The notes below the pieces were generated by a model. That model saw nothing but the letters and a program-made list of their open reading frames with translations, searched no databases and had not been told where the DNA came from. Shown one piece after another: positions 20,248 through 29,153 of a DNA stretch of 64,000 nucleotides; the stretch's first letter is position 1, and every line of letters begins with the position of its first letter. The stretch is from positions 124,001 to 188,000 of the IMG/VR virus record IMGVR_UViG_3300009104_001210, one strand, 5' to 3'. A program made the translations under genes and the position numbers.

Positions 20248-20442
20248 ATGAGCGCAAACTTACGAAGTATAATAGACATAGATAAAGAGATACAGCAAGA
20301 AATCGTGCAAGATCTAATAAGTGGTATATTCTATACAGAATGCGACGACGAAACGCTTGAAATTGCTCTGCAAGCGATGTTTGAGTCTCCACAGACAAAA
20401 GCGTATTGGCGCTCAACGGGAGTGATTTTAGGGGACGGGTAG
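20248..20442 (+). CDS. Hypothetical acidic protein
   Basis: 64-aa ORF with AAAGG upstream. Confidence 0.5.
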   Translation: MSANLRSIIDIDKEIQQEIVQDLISGIFYTECDDETLEIALQAMFESPQTKAYWRSTGVILGDG

Positions 20443-20525
20443 GCAATTACTCGTGAATCGCAAAGTATGACAAAATGACACGCTCGCCTTACCTGTACTC
20501 GTATCGAGGAGAAATTTTGAGGAAT

Positions 20526-20717
20526 ATGAAAATGATATATCAAGTCTTATCACAAGTGATAAAAGCCTTACACAATAGCGTCGTAACTGTAGTGAATAAG
20601 TGTATTTCTTTGTTTCACAGTACTCATATGAGAATATTTGAGTTGGCGTTATATAATAATCAGCGTAAGTATTCTAAGAAAGTAAATAATAGTGTATTTA
20701 ACGGCTGGCTACCCTAA
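20526..20717 (+). CDS. Hypothetical protein
   Basis: GAGGA SD before ATG 20526. Confidence 0.35.
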   Translation: MKMIYQVLSQVIKALHNSVVTVVNKCISLFHSTHMRIFELALYNNQRKYSKKVNNSVFNGWLP

Positions 20718-20780
20718 TGTTTGAAGGTATAGTTATATGTTTATTAGCGTACATTGCCTATAAATTAAGTGAGATGAGTG

Positions 20781-20954
20781 ATGATTAGAGGAAAAAGAAA
20801 TAAAGCAAGAGTAATTCAACGTGTACAGGATGCTGCTAAGCGTCGTATAGTATATGAGAAGCTATCTGATAGTGAGAAATTAGAACTTATTAGTAAACGG
20901 CGTGGATCATCTAAAAAAGAAACAGCTCGTATACTGAAACGAATTGATGATTAA
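20781..20954 (+). CDS. Small basic protein (57 aa, not in ORF track)
   Basis: MIRGKRNKARVIQRVQDAAKRR...RIDD. Confidence 0.55.
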   Translation: MIRGKRNKARVIQRVQDAAKRRIVYEKLSDSEKLELISKRRGSSKKETARILKRIDD

Positions 20955-21021
20955 ACAGGTTATAGTATTAGTACTGGCTACTATGTTAGCTACAGTTCTT
21001 ATGTTAGAATTAATATTATGA
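20947..21021 (+). CDS. Micro membrane peptide (24 aa)
   Basis: MIKQVIVLVLATMLATVLMLELIL; overlaps upstream stop. Confidence 0.5.
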   Translation: MIKQVIVLVLATMLATVLMLELIL

Positions 21022-21119
21022 TGCCACGGCTACCAAACAATAAAGATACTAATCAATTAATGATTGCATTTATATTAACCGTACTATTTGTACTATATGC
21101 ATCAGGAGTTATAGGATGA
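21018..21119 (+). CDS. Micro membrane peptide (33 aa)
   Basis: MMPRLPNNKDTNQLMIAFILTVLFVLYASGVIG; ATGA coupling. Confidence 0.5.
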   Translation: MMPRLPNNKDTNQLMIAFILTVLFVLYASGVIG

Positions 21120-21241
21120 AAAATATCAAAATTAAAAAACCGTTTCCAATGAAAGTAGTTCAGATAATGGTAGTATTATTACTATTATCAGCAAATATTT
21201 TATTGTTTAAGATTTTTAATATAGTGAGTGTAGGGTTATGA
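21116..21241 (+). CDS. Micro membrane peptide (41 aa)
   Basis: MKNIKIKKPFPMKVVQIMVVLLLLSANILLFKIFNIVSVGL; ATGA coupling at both ends. Confidence 0.5.
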   Translation: MKNIKIKKPFPMKVVQIMVVLLLLSANILLFKIFNIVSVGL

Positions 21242-21501
21242 ATTTAACTTGGTTTTACTTTCACTGCGTATTGGCTATGGTGATATTAGTTAAAGACTAC
21301 AACGGTACTTTAGAAGCGTCTTTAGATAAGTTCGAAAAGAAGATTGGGTTGTATACACCACCTGATACTACTACTATTGATGCACCACCACCTTATTATA
21401 TACCACCGACAGAACAGGTAGATTCTACTTGGATATTACCACCTAAACTTGAAGAATCTGTTCCAGATTCTAACTTTGCAGAAACATTTTATGATGCTTA
21501 A
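21238..21501 (+). CDS. Hypothetical membrane-anchored Pro-rich protein
   Basis: N-terminal hydrophobic segment, PPPYY tract. Confidence 0.55.
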   Translation: MNLTWFYFHCVLAMVILVKDYNGTLEASLDKFEKKIGLYTPPDTTTIDAPPPYYIPPTEQVDSTWILPPKLEESVPDSNFAETFYDA

Positions 21502-21504
21502 ATT

Positions 21505-21849
21505 ATGAAGAAGTGGTTATTATTAATATTATTATTAACTGCGTGTGGGCCTGGTTATAGATGGGCACCGTTAAATGAATGGGATATATCTAGTATACTT
21601 GATACGACAGTAAAAGATTGGGTTCTTCTATTAGTGTTTATTTTAGTATTGTGGTATAGCCTAAAGCGAACATTTATTGGTAAGTTGATTATTTTTATGA
21701 AAGATGGAATGGGTGATATTGAAGCTCATATGAGTGAAAAAGAAAAAAAAGAATTGGATGAATGGTCAGAAAAACGATCAGAAGAAATAATAGCTAAAGT
21801 TAAAAGTAAACTTAGTTATTGGTGGAAACTGATAAAAGAAAATAAATGA
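21505..21849 (+). CDS. Putative lipoprotein/membrane protein
   Basis: LLTA-C lipobox plus internal TM. Confidence 0.55.
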   Translation: MKKWLLLILLLTACGPGYRWAPLNEWDISSILDTTVKDWVLLLVFILVLWYSLKRTFIGKLIIFMKDGMGDIEAHMSEKEKKELDEWSEKRSEEIIAKVKSKLSYWWKLIKENK

Positions 21850-21850
21850 G

Positions 21851-22117
21851 ATGACGTACTTATCCAACAAAGATTATTATCGAATAGGTGGATGTGATAA
21901 CGTAGTAGATTTACACGGAATGAAACACGAAGAAGTAGAAAGTAAATTAGAGAATTGGTTAATATTACATTATAACATAGGTAACTTTCCTATTAAAGTT
22001 ATTACAGGTAATAGTGAGAGAATGAAAGAGATAGTAAAAGAATCAGCGTATAGAAGAGGATTTAAAACAACTAATCCACTTGACGGAAATACAGGAGTAC
22101 TGATAGTAACTTCATAA
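21851..22117 (+). CDS. Stand-alone Smr domain protein
   Basis: VVDLHG and IKVITGNS motifs. Confidence 0.75.
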   Translation: MTYLSNKDYYRIGGCDNVVDLHGMKHEEVESKLENWLILHYNIGNFPIKVITGNSERMKEIVKESAYRRGFKTTNPLDGNTGVLIVTS

Positions 22118-22119
22118 TT

Positions 22120-22308
22120 ATGTTATATTTATTAGACCTATGGAAAGACCACATACACAAATATCAGAAAAGCCTAAGAAATTTTGCACCATATGCAAGA
22201 GAGAAGTATTTGAAACAGTTCATACTGCCAACTCGTATTGGGCAGATTGGTTTGGAACGCCCGCTAGAGTTATTTGTGTGGATTGTTATAAGGATAAACC
22301 ATGAGTAA
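22120..22308 (+). CDS. Hypothetical protein
   Basis: Short ORF in operon. Confidence 0.4.
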   Translation: MLYLLDLWKDHIHKYQKSLRNFAPYAREKYLKQFILPTRIGQIGLERPLELFVWIVIRINHE

Positions 22309-22489
22309 ATATAGAAATAAAGATGGAATAGAATTAAGTTATGAGGGGCATAGTGATGACATCCACGTAGATTTAGTTAAAGAAGTAATTAGTGAAGCCG
22401 TTAGACTTATATCAACGGGTGGTAATAAAAAAGAAGTAATACAATTCTTAACTGAAAATTTTTCCATTAATGAGCAAACTGATAGATAA
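22301..22489 (+). CDS. Hypothetical protein
   Basis: AAGGA SD. Confidence 0.55.
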   Translation: MSKYRNKDGIELSYEGHSDDIHVDLVKEVISEAVRLISTGGNKKEVIQFLTENFSINEQTDR

Positions 22490-22919
22490 AAAATATATAA
22501 TAGAGAGGTTAGAAATGTTGGTTTCTTTAGTAGAGGAAACGAATACAGATGCGCTCCCTACAAATAAATATTTATTTAATGATCATATAATAACTGCTAA
22601 TGAAATGTTAGAAGAAGTAAAACTTATTATTGAAGATTCTGTAGATTCAAGAACGACGTTAACTAGAATAATGAGACAAGCAAATAAAATATGGCGAATG
22701 ACTAATAGAGTTAAGAATGGTGAAGTTGAATTAATAGATCATATGGAAATGATAGAAGAGATAGAACAGTATATAATGTCTGGTCAAAAGATAAATGCAA
22801 TTAAGTGTTATAGAAATAATATGAATCACAATGATAAAGATACTGTTAGTTTAAGAGAAGCTAAAGACTATGTTGATTCAATACACAGAGATATGATAGC
22901 AAGAGGTTCAACTTCATAA
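22470..22919 (+). CDS. Protein with C-terminal bL12 (L7/L12)-CTD-like motif
   Basis: GQKINAIKCYR...SLREAKDYVD. Confidence 0.5.
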   Translation: MSKLIDKKYIIERLEMLVSLVEETNTDALPTNKYLFNDHIITANEMLEEVKLIIEDSVDSRTTLTRIMRQANKIWRMTNRVKNGEVELIDHMEMIEEIEQYIMSGQKINAIKCYRNNMNHNDKDTVSLREAKDYVDSIHRDMIARGSTS

Positions 22920-22927
22920 TAAAAGAT

Positions 22928-23019
22928 TTAGTAGAGTGGACGACGCCGGCTTGGGTGAGAGCCCTGTTAACATGATCGTGAGCCCGACTTTGGTTGGTAG
23001 CTTTTTGCCACTCTACTAA
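22928..23019 (+). ncRNA. Candidate structured RNA / RNase III-type stem
   Basis: Perfect 12-bp closing stem TTAGTAGAGTGG/CCACTCTACTAA around a GC-rich core with a GGGT-GAGA-GCCC GNRA hairpin. Confidence 0.55.
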
Positions 23020-23029
23020 TAATTAAGAA

Positions 23030-23548
23030 ATGCAAGTAAAAATTATTCAAACATCAGAACCACGTACAGCAAGTACTGTTTTACATAATATATTGTTTGG
23101 TATGATAAGTCCAAATGAACCAGCAGAAGATGCAACAGAAAACGTAGATAAACCTATTGTTATTACACATAAAACAAATATTGATGAGTGGATATCTACA
23201 TATGGTAAGAAATACGATTTATATTTTATATGTTCAGAAAGAGATAAAGTTAGTAAATATCAAGAATATAAGATGGACAAAAAATATCATTCATATAAAA
23301 ATGTTTTGATATTTCAATTTGAAGAATTAGATGATACTGATCAAAGTGAGGAACAGATAGTAGATATAGTACATAAGAAGGTAAGAAAGTTGTTACCAAA
23401 TACTATAGAATTAAATAAAGAGACAGGGTTAAAACGATTAAAAGATATGAATATGAAATATAGTAAGATAAAAGATATGCCATTTCGTAGTTATGTTGAT
23501 CCATTTTATTCATTACATGGACACCATAGAAATAGAGAAGATTCATAA
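23030..23548 (+). CDS. Sulfotransferase-like P-loop protein
   Basis: IIQTSEPRTASTVLHNIL resembles the 5'-PSB loop. Confidence 0.45.
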   Translation: MQVKIIQTSEPRTASTVLHNILFGMISPNEPAEDATENVDKPIVITHKTNIDEWISTYGKKYDLYFICSERDKVSKYQEYKMDKKYHSYKNVLIFQFEELDDTDQSEEQIVDIVHKKVRKLLPNTIELNKETGLKRLKDMNMKYSKIKDMPFRSYVDPFYSLHGHHRNREDS

Positions 23549-23564
23549 TACGTGATATTTATTT

Positions 23565-23978
23565 ATGGATATGATTAAACTACAAAAATTAATGGAACAT
23601 TTTGAAATAGATTCAGAGGATACTGCAGGTATTTGTGTAATCTATGGAAAAAAATTACTTGCGTGTAAACGTACAGAGTCTTATTGGTCAATACCAAAAG
23701 GACATATACATATAAATGAAGAACCATTAGATGGTGCTTTGAGAGAGTTTACAGAAGAGACGCAAGTTATGTTAAATGGTGTACCAGAGTTAGTATCTAC
23801 TACAAATAAAAAAAGTGGTAAATTTTATTTGTATAAATACGAAACTGATAAAAGAATAAACCCACACTTAGATCATGAACATGAAGAGTGGGGATATTTT
23901 GAGGTAGATAAATTACCACAACCCTTTGATGAAAAGGTATTAAATGAGTTACAAAAGGTTATAGGAGATATAAAATGA
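23565..23978 (+). CDS. NUDIX hydrolase
   Basis: KGHIHINEEPLDGALREFTEET Nudix box. Confidence 0.85.
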   Translation: MDMIKLQKLMEHFEIDSEDTAGICVIYGKKLLACKRTESYWSIPKGHIHINEEPLDGALREFTEETQVMLNGVPELVSTTNKKSGKFYLYKYETDKRINPHLDHEHEEWGYFEVDKLPQPFDEKVLNELQKVIGDIK

Positions 23979-24157
23979 GTAGAAGACAGTTTACAGAAGC
24001 TAGTGGAGATTTTTCAATATATGGTGTAATGAGATTTACAGGATATATGATGTCAGCAGTGGCACTATATATGGAAAATTTACAAGTAGCTGCAATAGCA
24101 TTTGGTTTCGGAGCTACACTTGGATTCATTCGTAGATTAGCAAGGATTTGGGAGTAA
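23975..24157 (+). CDS. Small membrane protein (2 TM)
   Basis: Two hydrophobic helices. Confidence 0.55.
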   Translation: MSRRQFTEASGDFSIYGVMRFTGYMMSAVALYMENLQVAAIAFGFGATLGFIRRLARIWE

Positions 24158-24161
24158 TAAA

Positions 24162-24734
24162 ATGAGTAAAACTAAAAGCACTTTAATTAATGTTATATTG
24201 GGAGTTGTTATAGGTGTTAGTGGATTTTATGGTGGCATATATTATGGTATTAAGAAAACCGATGTTTATATAGAAAATCTTATGGGTGAATTTGAGAAAA
24301 TAAGTGATGATGTATCAGCGTTCTCAAAAATTTCAGACCCAAAGACTATTCGTGCATATGTTGATGAGTTAAATAAGATATTGGATGATGTAAAGTTTCT
24401 AAACAAAGTTATAGAGACTGGACAGTTAGCTGATGAAGCATTAGACGATTTCTTTGATGAATCTCAAGGTCAGATTAAAGAAGTTAATGAAAGAATAATA
24501 GCATTACATACAGAACTATTAGGTGTTGTTGAGAAGTTTACAATACAAAGTAATGTACATTATGAGAATGCTGAAAAGAATATGCAATTGATTGATAAGA
24601 GTGGGATGGAAGTTAAAGCAGAAATTGGAAAACTCTATGATAAAATAGATGAGTTATATAAAGAGTTAGAAGAAGTATCTATTATTTTAGACCAAGCTAA
24701 AGAAACATTTTTAGGAAAATATATCATTAAATGA
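24162..24734 (+). CDS. Membrane-anchored coiled-coil protein
   Basis: N-terminal TM then heptad-rich region. Confidence 0.55.
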   Translation: MSKTKSTLINVILGVVIGVSGFYGGIYYGIKKTDVYIENLMGEFEKISDDVSAFSKISDPKTIRAYVDELNKILDDVKFLNKVIETGQLADEALDDFFDESQGQIKEVNERIIALHTELLGVVEKFTIQSNVHYENAEKNMQLIDKSGMEVKAEIGKLYDKIDELYKELEEVSIILDQAKETFLGKYIIK

Positions 24735-25843
24735 GTATAGTTCCAAATAATTGGACAGGTTTTTCAGAAAAAACTGAACGTTTATTGGTAGAAAATAGTT
24801 ATTTATTCGAAAAAAGACCATTTGACTATAAAAAAGATGGTGATCCTGTAAGAGAAAGTGAGTTAAAAGAGGCAGTAGAGTCAACTAATAAGCCTTTTTT
24901 AATGATAAATCTAACTGAATTTTGGGAATGTGATATGTTTAATCACGCTGGTGGTAAACATTTTATAAAATTACATGACTTTTTAGAGACAATTATCCCA
25001 TTAAATAGAGTTATATTGGTTGGAGACGACTGTAATTTAGCTAAATTGTATGATAAATGGTTTGAAACTACCAATTATAAAGAAAAAATGCATGTAATAT
25101 CATACCCAATTCTTTTTGCTGAAAGATCAAGGGAGTATATTCGAGAAGATCAAGGATTTGGTGGTAATAATTTTCATGTAATAGAACGTTATAAAGATAG
25201 AAGAAAGTTACCAAGTAAAAAGTTAATGTGTCTTATGGGAATATACTCAAGACATAGAAACTCTTTACAAAAATTTTTCCACAACAATGATTTATGGGAA
25301 AGTAATTATATTAGTTATATTGGAAATGATAATTATAAAAATCCAATACTATTACCTGATAGTGGCATCATGGAGCGGATCGTAATGAGGTCATCTACAC
25401 CAAGAACTGATTTTGGTTTAGCAAAATATTTCAAAGATTCTTGTTATTCATTTATACCCGAATCAAATAAATGGACTGTGGCACCAAACTCATTATTCTT
25501 AACAGAAAAAACAACTAAAGTATTATATCACGGACACCCATTTATGATCATGTCTAGTGTTGGTGCATTAAAACAATTAAGAGAGTGGGGATTCGAAACC
25601 TTTCCTGAAATGTTTGATGAGACTTATGATGAAATAGAAAATGCTGTTGAGAGAGATAGATTTTTTAAAAATAATATGTTAAGATTACAAAGAATGGAAT
25701 TATCAGAATTGCATAAGTTGTGTGAAAGTGTAGAAGAGAAATGTATACACAATCAAAAAGTTTTATTAGAATCAAAAATAATAGATGATAAATTTTATAA
25801 TGAAATCTCAGGTGTTGTTAATAGTTCGGTGGTGGTTCCCTGA
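24731..25843 (+). CDS. Putative glycan-modifying protein, paralogue of 11185-12342
   Basis: FLTEKTTKVLYHGHPF...LREWGFETFPEMFDETYD. Confidence 0.45.
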   Translation: MSIVPNNWTGFSEKTERLLVENSYLFEKRPFDYKKDGDPVRESELKEAVESTNKPFLMINLTEFWECDMFNHAGGKHFIKLHDFLETIIPLNRVILVGDDCNLAKLYDKWFETTNYKEKMHVISYPILFAERSREYIREDQGFGGNNFHVIERYKDRRKLPSKKLMCLMGIYSRHRNSLQKFFHNNDLWESNYISYIGNDNYKNPILLPDSGIMERIVMRSSTPRTDFGLAKYFKDSCYSFIPESNKWTVAPNSLFLTEKTTKVLYHGHPFMIMSSVGALKQLREWGFETFPEMFDETYDEIENAVERDRFFKNNMLRLQRMELSELHKLCESVEEKCIHNQKVLLESKIIDDKFYNEISGVVNSSVVVP

Positions 25844-25883
25844 ATGGTGTTGACTTACACATTAAATTCAGCTGCGACGTATT

Positions 25884-26330
25884 ATGCAACAGTATTGGAG
25901 AGAACCTTTAATGTGGACAGCACCTGAGATGAATAAACGTTATCCACCTTTAAAAATAATACAATATGAAAGTGAAGATTTACAAGTACATTTTACTTAT
26001 GGTAAGAACAAAGGAGTATTTAGTACTAAAGACTATGAGATAGGTCAATTAGTATATACATTTGAACCATATTATATAGAAGAACCAACACGAACTTCAA
26101 TACAAGTTGAAGATAAACATTTTGAAGACGACACTGGTATGTATTTAAATCATCATTGTGAACCAAATAGTTGTATTGTTTCTGATGAAAGAGGTATACA
26201 TTTATTTGCTATAGATATTATAAAGAAGAAAGATGAAATAACATTCGATTATAATACTACAGAAGATAAAATTACACACCCATTTAAATGTAATTGTCAT
26301 GGAAAATTAATAAAAGGAAAAACACTATGA
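25884..26330 (+). CDS. SET domain methyltransferase with post-SET
   Basis: KGVFS, YLNHHCEPN, EITFDY, FKCNC. Confidence 0.85.
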   Translation: MQQYWREPLMWTAPEMNKRYPPLKIIQYESEDLQVHFTYGKNKGVFSTKDYEIGQLVYTFEPYYIEEPTRTSIQVEDKHFEDDTGMYLNHHCEPNSCIVSDERGIHLFAIDIIKKKDEITFDYNTTEDKITHPFKCNCHGKLIKGKTL

Positions 26331-26548
26331 GACGTAAATGTTATAGTTGTGGTAAAATGGCTACAAATCCATATACATTCGATATTGTACCAACATATAA
26401 TGTGTATGAAAACATACCTATATATTCTAAAAAAGCAAAGAAAACTAAAAGATCTGATTTGAAAGGGGATAGAAAGGTTAGTACATACAATTATTGTAAT
26501 AGAGAATGTTATGAAAACAGAAAACCACAAGAAACATACAAAATCTAA
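26327..26548 (+). CDS. Small zinc-finger protein
   Basis: CYSC and YCNREC. Confidence 0.55.
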   Translation: MRRKCYSCGKMATNPYTFDIVPTYNVYENIPIYSKKAKKTKRSDLKGDRKVSTYNYCNRECYENRKPQETYKI

Positions 26549-26669
26549 GAAAAAAGAAAAACCAAAAAGTAAATATTCTAACGCTGGTAAAGGTGATAAG
26601 AGTAGAGTATCAGATATTAATAAGTACGCTGAGAATTGGGAAAAGATTTTTGGGAAAAATAAAAAATGA
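26511..26669 (+). CDS. Small basic phage protein (52 aa, not in ORF track)
   Basis: AGKGDKSR..KYAENWEKIFGK motif. Confidence 0.55.
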   Translation: MKTENHKKHTKSKKKEKPKSKYSNAGKGDKSRVSDINKYAENWEKIFGKNKK

Positions 26670-26701
26670 AAAAAATATAATAGAGAAGAATATTTATTAA
26701 T

Positions 26702-27916
26702 ATGAAAGAAATATATTTAGATCACGCTGCAACAACTTATGTTAGAGATGAAGTCTTGGGAGTAATGAATAAATATTTCCAAGATGAATATGGAAACCCT
26801 GGTAGTTTCCACACAATAGGATTACGACCTAAACGGGCGATGGCTCAAGCAAGAGAAACCGTTAGAGATATTATTAATGCTAAACGAGTAGAGGAAATTA
26901 TCTTTACGGGTAGTGGAACTGAATCAGTAAATTTGGCAATAAAAGGTTTAGTGGAAAAGTTAGAACCTCATTATGGCCCAGCACATATTATCACTTCTAC
27001 GATTGAACACGAAGCAGTAACTGAAACATTATATTATTTAGAACACGATAGAGGATACCGTATAACAAGAATACCAGTTGATAAATATGGTATGGTTAAT
27101 CCAAAAGATGTTGAAGATGCTATTGAAGAAGATACTATCTTGGTTACTATAATGTATGCTAATAATGAGATAGGAACAATACAACCGATAGAAGAAATCG
27201 GAAAGATATGTAGAGAGAAGAAAGTTTTATTCCATACAGATGCTTGTCAGGCAGGTGGAGTGTTAGATTTAGATGTAGAGAAACTAAATGTAGATATGAT
27301 GACATTGAATGGTAGTAAGATATACGGCCCCAAAGGTATTGGGATGTTGTATAAAAAGAATTCAGTAAAGTTAGTTCCATTGATTCATGGTGGAGGCCAA
27401 GAGTTTGGGTATAGGAGTGGAACACAAAATGTAGCATTCATTATGGGATTTACTGAAGCATTAAGATTAGGTCAGGAAGAAAGAGAGAAAGAAAATAAAA
27501 GATTAATTAAATTAAGAACAATGTTGGAAGAAGGTATATTAAGAAGTATAGATAAAACATTTTTAAATGGTCATCCAACAATGAGATTACCAAACAATGC
27601 TAATATCACTATATCAGATATTGAAGGCGAGGCTATGATGTTGTATTTAAATGAGTATGGGATTTGTACTTCATCTGGAAGTGCTTGTACTTCATTAACA
27701 TTAGAACCAAGTCATGTTATATTGGCAATGGGATTACCATATGAGGTAGCTCACGGAACACTAAGATTTACATTAGGTAGGAAAACTACCAAGAAAGATA
27801 TAGAAAAAATAATAGAGGTTTTACCAGGAATAGTAGAAACACTAAGAAAGATATCTCCAGTAAATGTCAATATGGATAAGTTGGAGATACAGGGAGAAAA
27901 AGTTTATGCCAACTAA
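26702..27916 (+). CDS. iscS: Cysteine desulfurase (IscS/NifS group I)
   Basis: YLDHAAT, HTDACQ, GSKIYGPKG PLP lysine, SSGSACTS catalytic Cys. Confidence 0.93.
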   Translation: MKEIYLDHAATTYVRDEVLGVMNKYFQDEYGNPGSFHTIGLRPKRAMAQARETVRDIINAKRVEEIIFTGSGTESVNLAIKGLVEKLEPHYGPAHIITSTIEHEAVTETLYYLEHDRGYRITRIPVDKYGMVNPKDVEDAIEEDTILVTIMYANNEIGTIQPIEEIGKICREKKVLFHTDACQAGGVLDLDVEKLNVDMMTLNGSKIYGPKGIGMLYKKNSVKLVPLIHGGGQEFGYRSGTQNVAFIMGFTEALRLGQEEREKENKRLIKLRTMLEEGILRSIDKTFLNGHPTMRLPNNANITISDIEGEAMMLYLNEYGICTSSGSACTSLTLEPSHVILAMGLPYEVAHGTLRFTLGRKTTKKDIEKIIEVLPGIVETLRKISPVNVNMDKLEIQGEKVYAN

Positions 27917-28589
27917 AAAGGTAACAATAGAAAAATCAGATGTATCTAACAAGAGCCAAACAGAAGGTTGGTTCTACACCGATACAGTTAAAGACCATTT
28001 CTTTAATCCAAGAAATTTATTCTATTCAGATGAAGATGCTGAAGGTTACGAGTATGATGCAGTAGGAATGGTAGGTTCACCAGCTTGTGGTGATATGATG
28101 AAGATATGGATTAGATGTTCAGAAGAACAAGATTGTATTAAAGAATGTAAGTGGCAAACCTTTGGGTGCGCATCAGCAATTGCAAGTACTTCTATGATGT
28201 CGGAAATGGTAACAGAAGATGATGGTATGAAATTAGATGATGCTATGGCGATGAAACCAAAAGATATTAATGATAGACTTGGTGGATTACCAACAAGGAA
28301 ATATCATTGTTCGGTATTGGGTGATAAAGCATTGAGAATGGCCATCAATAATTATTATGATGAAACAAATCAATCACATAGAAAGATTGAAGAAAAGACA
28401 AGAGTGATTGATAAGAAATCTAACACAACCGACCAAGATATAGAGGAAGCAGTATTAGAGGGTGCAAGAACATTTGAAGAAGTACAGAAGAAAACTAAAG
28501 TAGGAATAGGTAATCCAAAAGTTCAAATGGATGTAGAACAATTACTTAGATTCTATGTAGAGAAATATTTTGGAGAAGATGCTTTATGA
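27906..28589 (+). CDS. iscU: IscU/NifU-N Fe-S scaffold with C-terminal BFD-like domain
   Basis: GSPACGD, TFGCASAIAS, KYHCS; C-terminal EAVLEGARTFEEVQKKTKVG. Confidence 0.88.
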   Translation: MPTKKVTIEKSDVSNKSQTEGWFYTDTVKDHFFNPRNLFYSDEDAEGYEYDAVGMVGSPACGDMMKIWIRCSEEQDCIKECKWQTFGCASAIASTSMMSEMVTEDDGMKLDDAMAMKPKDINDRLGGLPTRKYHCSVLGDKALRMAINNYYDETNQSHRKIEEKTRVIDKKSNTTDQDIEEAVLEGARTFEEVQKKTKVGIGNPKVQMDVEQLLRFYVEKYFGEDAL

Positions 28590-28912
28590 TTACAGAAGCA
28601 CAAGTTATAGAAAAGTTACGAGGAGTTTATGATCCAGAGATTCCAATCAATCTATATGATTTGGGATTGATATATTCTATAGGTGTAGATGAGAATACAG
28701 TAACTATAGATATGTCATTAACTACACCACATTGTGGATTGAAGGATATGATTATAAATCAAGTAGTTATGGCAGTAGAAACAATAGAAGATGCAGAGTG
28801 TGATGTGAGATTAACATTTGATCCTCAATGGACACCAACTATGTTGAGACCAGAAGCAATTGAAGTGTTGGGTGAAAATCATCCGTTAGCACAAATGGCA
28901 ATAGGAGTTTAA
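28586..28912 (+). CDS. DUF59/SufT Fe-S assembly protein
   Basis: VYDPEIPINLYDLGLIY, LTTPHC, FDPQWTP. Confidence 0.88.
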   Translation: MITEAQVIEKLRGVYDPEIPINLYDLGLIYSIGVDENTVTIDMSLTTPHCGLKDMIINQVVMAVETIEDAECDVRLTFDPQWTPTMLRPEAIEVLGENHPLAQMAIGV

Positions 28913-28913
28913 A

Positions 28914-28997
28914 ATGAGTGGTTGGTTACAAATAATAGCTGCATTATCAATAGTTGTAGCACTTGGTTATTGGTTATTTTGGGGAGAGGATTTTTAA
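28914..28997 (+). CDS. Micro membrane peptide (27 aa)
   Basis: AGGAG SD; MSGWLQIIAALSIVVALGYWLFWGEDF. Confidence 0.55.
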   Translation: MSGWLQIIAALSIVVALGYWLFWGEDF

Positions 28998-29153
28998 ATG
29001 AATGAATTTTTACATTTTATAAAACATTTAATTGGTTTGTGTGGTGAAACTTCACATCCAAGTTTACTAATAAGTGGTGGAGCATTTCTTACCACAATAG
29101 GATTGTATTGGAAAAAATTAATAAGTTATATGAAAAATTTGGAGGGATTTTAA
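28998..29153 (+). CDS. Small membrane protein (51 aa)
   Basis: GGAGAGG SD; HLIGLCGETSHP then TM. Confidence 0.55.
   Translation: MNEFLHFIKHLIGLCGETSHPSLLISGGAFLTTIGLYWKKLISYMKNLEGF

Noticed and set aside
22928-23019. SRP RNA, HDV-like, twister or pistol ribozyme
   Set aside because: Lacks the SRP CAGG..GGAA..AGCAG core and the required ribozyme pairings; only short coincidental matches
25801-25883. GC-richer patch with TTGACT, and possible UGA read-through of 24731
   Set aside because: No -10 at a proper distance; the read-through extension has no redox motif
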